This document shows positions 36,254 through 38,813 of a stretch of 38,813 nucleotides of DNA, piece by piece (position 1 is the first letter of the stretch; each line of letters starts with the position of its first letter). Position numbers and translations under genes: made by a program. The DNA is from a virus. Its lineage: Duplodnaviria; Caudoviricetes. Location: the IMG/VR virus record IMGVR_UViG_3300005805_006131, positions 1-38,813 of that record; one strand, written 5' to 3'. The notes below the pieces were generated by a model. That model was not told the origin of the DNA. It saw nothing but the letters and a program-made list of their open reading frames with translations, and made no database searches.

Positions 36254-38811
36254 TATAGATCCTGTCCTACAATAAATGAATACCAGTTACTACCAGCATC
36301 ATATGTAAAGAACACAAAGGTGTCTACTTTGCCATTTGTACTTGTAATAGTTGGTGCTGTATTAGCTGGCCAGTGGAACGTGTTTGGCCATGTAACCGAA
36401 CGTGCTGTGCCATCTGCTGTCAGTAACAATACAAAACTGCTGCTGCGGCCAGCTGCCTGCACATTAGTTAGATTAATATTTCCAATGGTTGATGTTAAGT
36501 TAACTGTGAAAATTGTAGCCGCTGCTAAATTAATATCCAAATTAGTGCTAGTAATGGTTGCAGTCGTATTTGTTTGACTTGCTGTATTTGTTGCTAAGTT
36601 GATAATACGTAGGTTGCCGGTGGTTGCATTAAATGTAAATTTGCTTGTAGTTACGTTAGCATCTTGATCTGTGCCAGCCGCACCAACCATTACAGGATAA
36701 AGTAGCGTACTGCTGATATTATCCGTAGCAAGAATTACGTTTGACGCACCAGTACCAGCTGGGCCACTTGGTCCTTGTGGTCCTTGTGGCCCACTCACTG
36801 TACTTGCAGCACCTTGTGGTCCTTGTGGTCCGCTTACACCTTGTGGCCCTTGTTCGCCCTGTGGTCCTTGAACTCCACTTAATCCCTGAGGTCCTTGAGG
36901 TCCTTGTTCACCCTGTGGTCCTTGAACCCCACTTACACCCTGAGGTCCTTGTTCGCCCTGTGGTCCACTTACGCCTTGTGGTCCCTGTGGCCCTTGTGGC
37001 CCTTGTGCACCTGAAGGACCTGATGGTCCAGGTTGTCTTATAATTACTAATAATTCAGTGTTATCTGGGAAGGAATAAGTGCTAGTATCTAAAGTAACTG
37101 AAACTTTAACATTAGCATTAATATTAACGGTTACCGCACCTGAAACTACCCAATCTTGATAATTTTCACTTAAATCTCTATCTTGAATTCGAATTACATC
37201 ATTGGTAGTTAACGCACCTAATAGATACTCTACGTCATTTCCGTTACTTGTTATATGACTGAATGTTAATTGTGTTGCATCAGCTTGTGTAGCATTATTC
37301 CAATATAAGTCTCCACTACCTATATTACCAGAAGTTACAGTTGTATTAGCAAGATATTCAAACAAGCTGGAACTTTGACCTGGCTCACCTTGAGGGCCTT
37401 GTACTCCTGAAACACCCTGAGGTCCTTGTGGTCCTTGCTCGCCTTGTGGACCAGAAACTCCTTGTGGTCCTTGTACTCCTGATACTCCTTGCGGTCCTTG
37501 TGGTCCACTTACACCTTGAGGTCCTTGTTCGCCTTGTGGGCCACTTGCACCTTGTGGTCCACTTACACCTTGAGGTCCTTGTTCACCTTGTGGTCCGCTT
37601 ACACCTTGTAGCCCTTGTTCACCTTGTGGTCCGCTTACACCTTGTGGCCCTTGTTCGCCCTGAGGTCCTTGTGCACCAGAAACGCCTTGAGGACCTTGTG
37701 CACCAGAAACACCTTGAGGCCCTTGTGCTCCAGAAACACCTTGAGGTCCTTGTGGTCCTTGTGGTCCTGCGATTCCTGCAGGACCTTCTGGCCCACTTAC
37801 ACCTTGGGGCCCTTGCTCGCCTTGAGGACCACTTTCACCTTGAGGTCCTTGTTCACCTTGAGGTCCTTGTTCACCTTGTGGACCAGAAACGCCTTGTGGT
37901 CCTTGTTCACCTTGTGGTCCACTTACACCTTGTGGTCCTTGTTCGCCCTGAGGTCCTTGTTCGCCTTGAGGTCCGCTTACACCTTGAGGTCCTTGTGGTC
38001 CTTGTTCTCCCTGAGGTCCGCTTACACCTTGAGGTCCTTGTGGGCCTTGTTCACCTTGAGGTCCGCTTACACCTTGTGGTCCTTGTTCTCCCTGTGGACC
38101 ACTTACACCCTGAGGTCCTTGTTCGCCTTGAGGTCCGCTTACACCCTGAGGTCCTTGAACGCCTTGAGGTCCGCTTACACCCTGAGGTCCTTGTTCACCT
38201 TGTGGTCCTTGTTCACCTTGTGGTCCGCTTACACCCTGAGGTCCTTGTTCACCTTGTGGTCCGCTTACACCTTGAGGTCCTTGTGGTCCTTGTTCACCTT
38301 GTGGTCCTTGTGGTCCTTGTTCACCTTGTGGTCCTTGTTCGCCTTGAGGTCCACTTACACCCTGTGGTCCTTGTTCGCCCTGAGGTCCGCTTACACCTTG
38401 TGGTCCTTGTGGTCCTTGTTCGCCCTGAGGTCCGCTTACACCTTGTGGTCCTTGTGGTCCTTGTTCTCCTTGTGGTCCTTGTTCTCCTTGTGGTCCTTGT
38501 TCTCCTTGTGGTCCGCTTACACCTTGTGGTCCTTGTGGTCCTTGTTCTCCTTGTGGTCCGCTTACACCTTGTGGTCCTTGTTCTCCTTGTGGTCCTTGTT
38601 CACCTTGAGGTCCACTTACACCTTGTGGTCCTTGTTCGCCCTGTGGGCCAGAAACGCCTTGAGGTCCTTGTGGTCCTTGTTCTCCTTGTGGACCTTGTTC
38701 GCCCTGTGGACCGCTTACACCTTCAGGTCCTTGTTCACCTTGTGGTCCACTTACACCTTGTGGTCCTTGTTCGCCCTGTGGGCCAGAAACGCCTTGAGGT
38801 CCTTGTGGTCC
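36253..38811 (-). CDS. Collagen-like tail/virion fibre, 5'-truncated (at least 852 aa)
   Basis: The tracked ORF 36253-37365 continues in frame upstream through Gly-X-Y repeats to the window edge; internal globular domain, second collagen stretch, C-terminal beta-rich domain (VTWP...WP...APT...D.F.F.T.D.G.NWY). Confidence 0.9.
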   Translation of the reverse strand, partial: GPQGPQGVSGPQGEQGPQGVSGPQGEQGPEGVSGPQGEQGPQGEQGPQGPQGVSGPQGEQGPQGVSGPQGEQGPQGEQGPQGVSGPQGEQGPQGPQGVSGPQGEQGPQGEQGPQGEQGPQGPQGVSGPQGEQGPQGPQGVSGPQGEQGPQGVSGPQGEQGPQGEQGPQGPQGEQGPQGPQGVSGPQGEQGPQGVSGPQGEQGPQGEQGPQGVSGPQGVQGPQGVSGPQGEQGPQGVSGPQGEQGPQGVSGPQGEQGPQGPQGVSGPQGEQGPQGPQGVSGPQGEQGPQGEQGPQGVSGPQGEQGPQGVSGPQGEQGPQGEQGPQGESGPQGEQGPQGVSGPEGPAGIAGPQGPQGPQGVSGAQGPQGVSGAQGPQGVSGAQGPQGEQGPQGVSGPQGEQGLQGVSGPQGEQGPQGVSGPQGASGPQGEQGPQGVSGPQGPQGVSGVQGPQGVSGPQGEQGPQGPQGVSGVQGPQGEPGQSSSLFEYLANTTVTSGNIGSGDLYWNNATQADATQLTFSHITSNGNDVEYLLGALTTNDVIRIQDRDLSENYQDWVVSGAVTVNINANVKVSVTLDTSTYSFPDNTELLVIIRQPGPSGPSGAQGPQGPQGPQGVSGPQGEQGPQGVSGVQGPQGEQGPQGPQGLSGVQGPQGEQGPQGVSGPQGPQGAASTVSGPQGPQGPSGPAGTGASNVILATDNISSTLLYPVMVGAAGTDQDANVTTSKFTFNATTGNLRIINLATNTASQTNTTATITSTNLDINLAAATIFTVNLTSTIGNINLTNVQAAGRSSSFVLLLTADGTARSVTWPNTFHWPANTAPTITSTNGKVDTFVFFTYDAGSNWYSFIVGQDL

Positions 38812-38813
38812 TT
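37372..38813 (-). repeat. 9-nt-period collagen-coding repeat, about 160 Gly-X-Y triplets
   Basis: ccttg(t/a)ggt / ccttgttc / cttacacc units encode GPQ, GEQ, GVS; 37372-38811 = 1440 nt = 160 x 9. Confidence 0.95.

Noticed and set aside
36253-37365. 370-aa ORF starting at TTG 37365 as a complete gene
   Set aside because: The frame stays open upstream through the collagen array to the window edge; the true start is outside
36741-38813. Short periodic repeats as CRISPR array or non-coding satellite
   Set aside because: 9-nt period with wobble-position variation, open Gly-X-Y frame, no unique spacers
1-38813. Stop-codon reassignment, tRNAs, introns or inteins
   Set aside because: Standard code gives dense full-length genes, and the one in-repeat break changes frame rather than being an in-frame stop; no tRNA, intron or intein signatures seen by eye

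Overview
A 38.8-kb piece of a large T4-like (myovirus) phage genome covering late/structural genes. Left part: tail tube, an enlarged 1092-aa tail sheath, an HNH-like zinc protein, dNMP kinase, neck proteins (gp13-, gp14-like), a gp15-like tail terminator and a NUDIX hydrolase. Middle (11.5-22.6 kb, minus strand): a tightly coupled 14-gene glycan biosynthesis/modification cluster (Gmd, DegT aminotransferase, acetyltransferase, cupin, WcbI-like, GT2/GT4/GT10/GT25/GT9-like transferases, methyltransferases, 2OG-Fe(II) oxygenase). Right: a 5'-truncated collagen-like fibre gene, a fibre chaperone, and two ATGA-overlapping giant RCC1/BLIP-II-repeat ORFs (2855 + 1454 aa). Main result: parsed by hand, the repeats of the two ORFs together are not a linear array. 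They close like balanced parentheses into 12 seven-bladed beta-propellers inserted into one another's loops, forming a branched tree up to six levels deep, with two of the propellers split across the two ORFs. Also seen: nested insertions in the neck/terminator proteins, a T4-style hairpin holding a late promoter and the SD of the gp13-like gene, and several apparently leaderless promoters. All family assignments come from motif recognition by eye; no searches were run.
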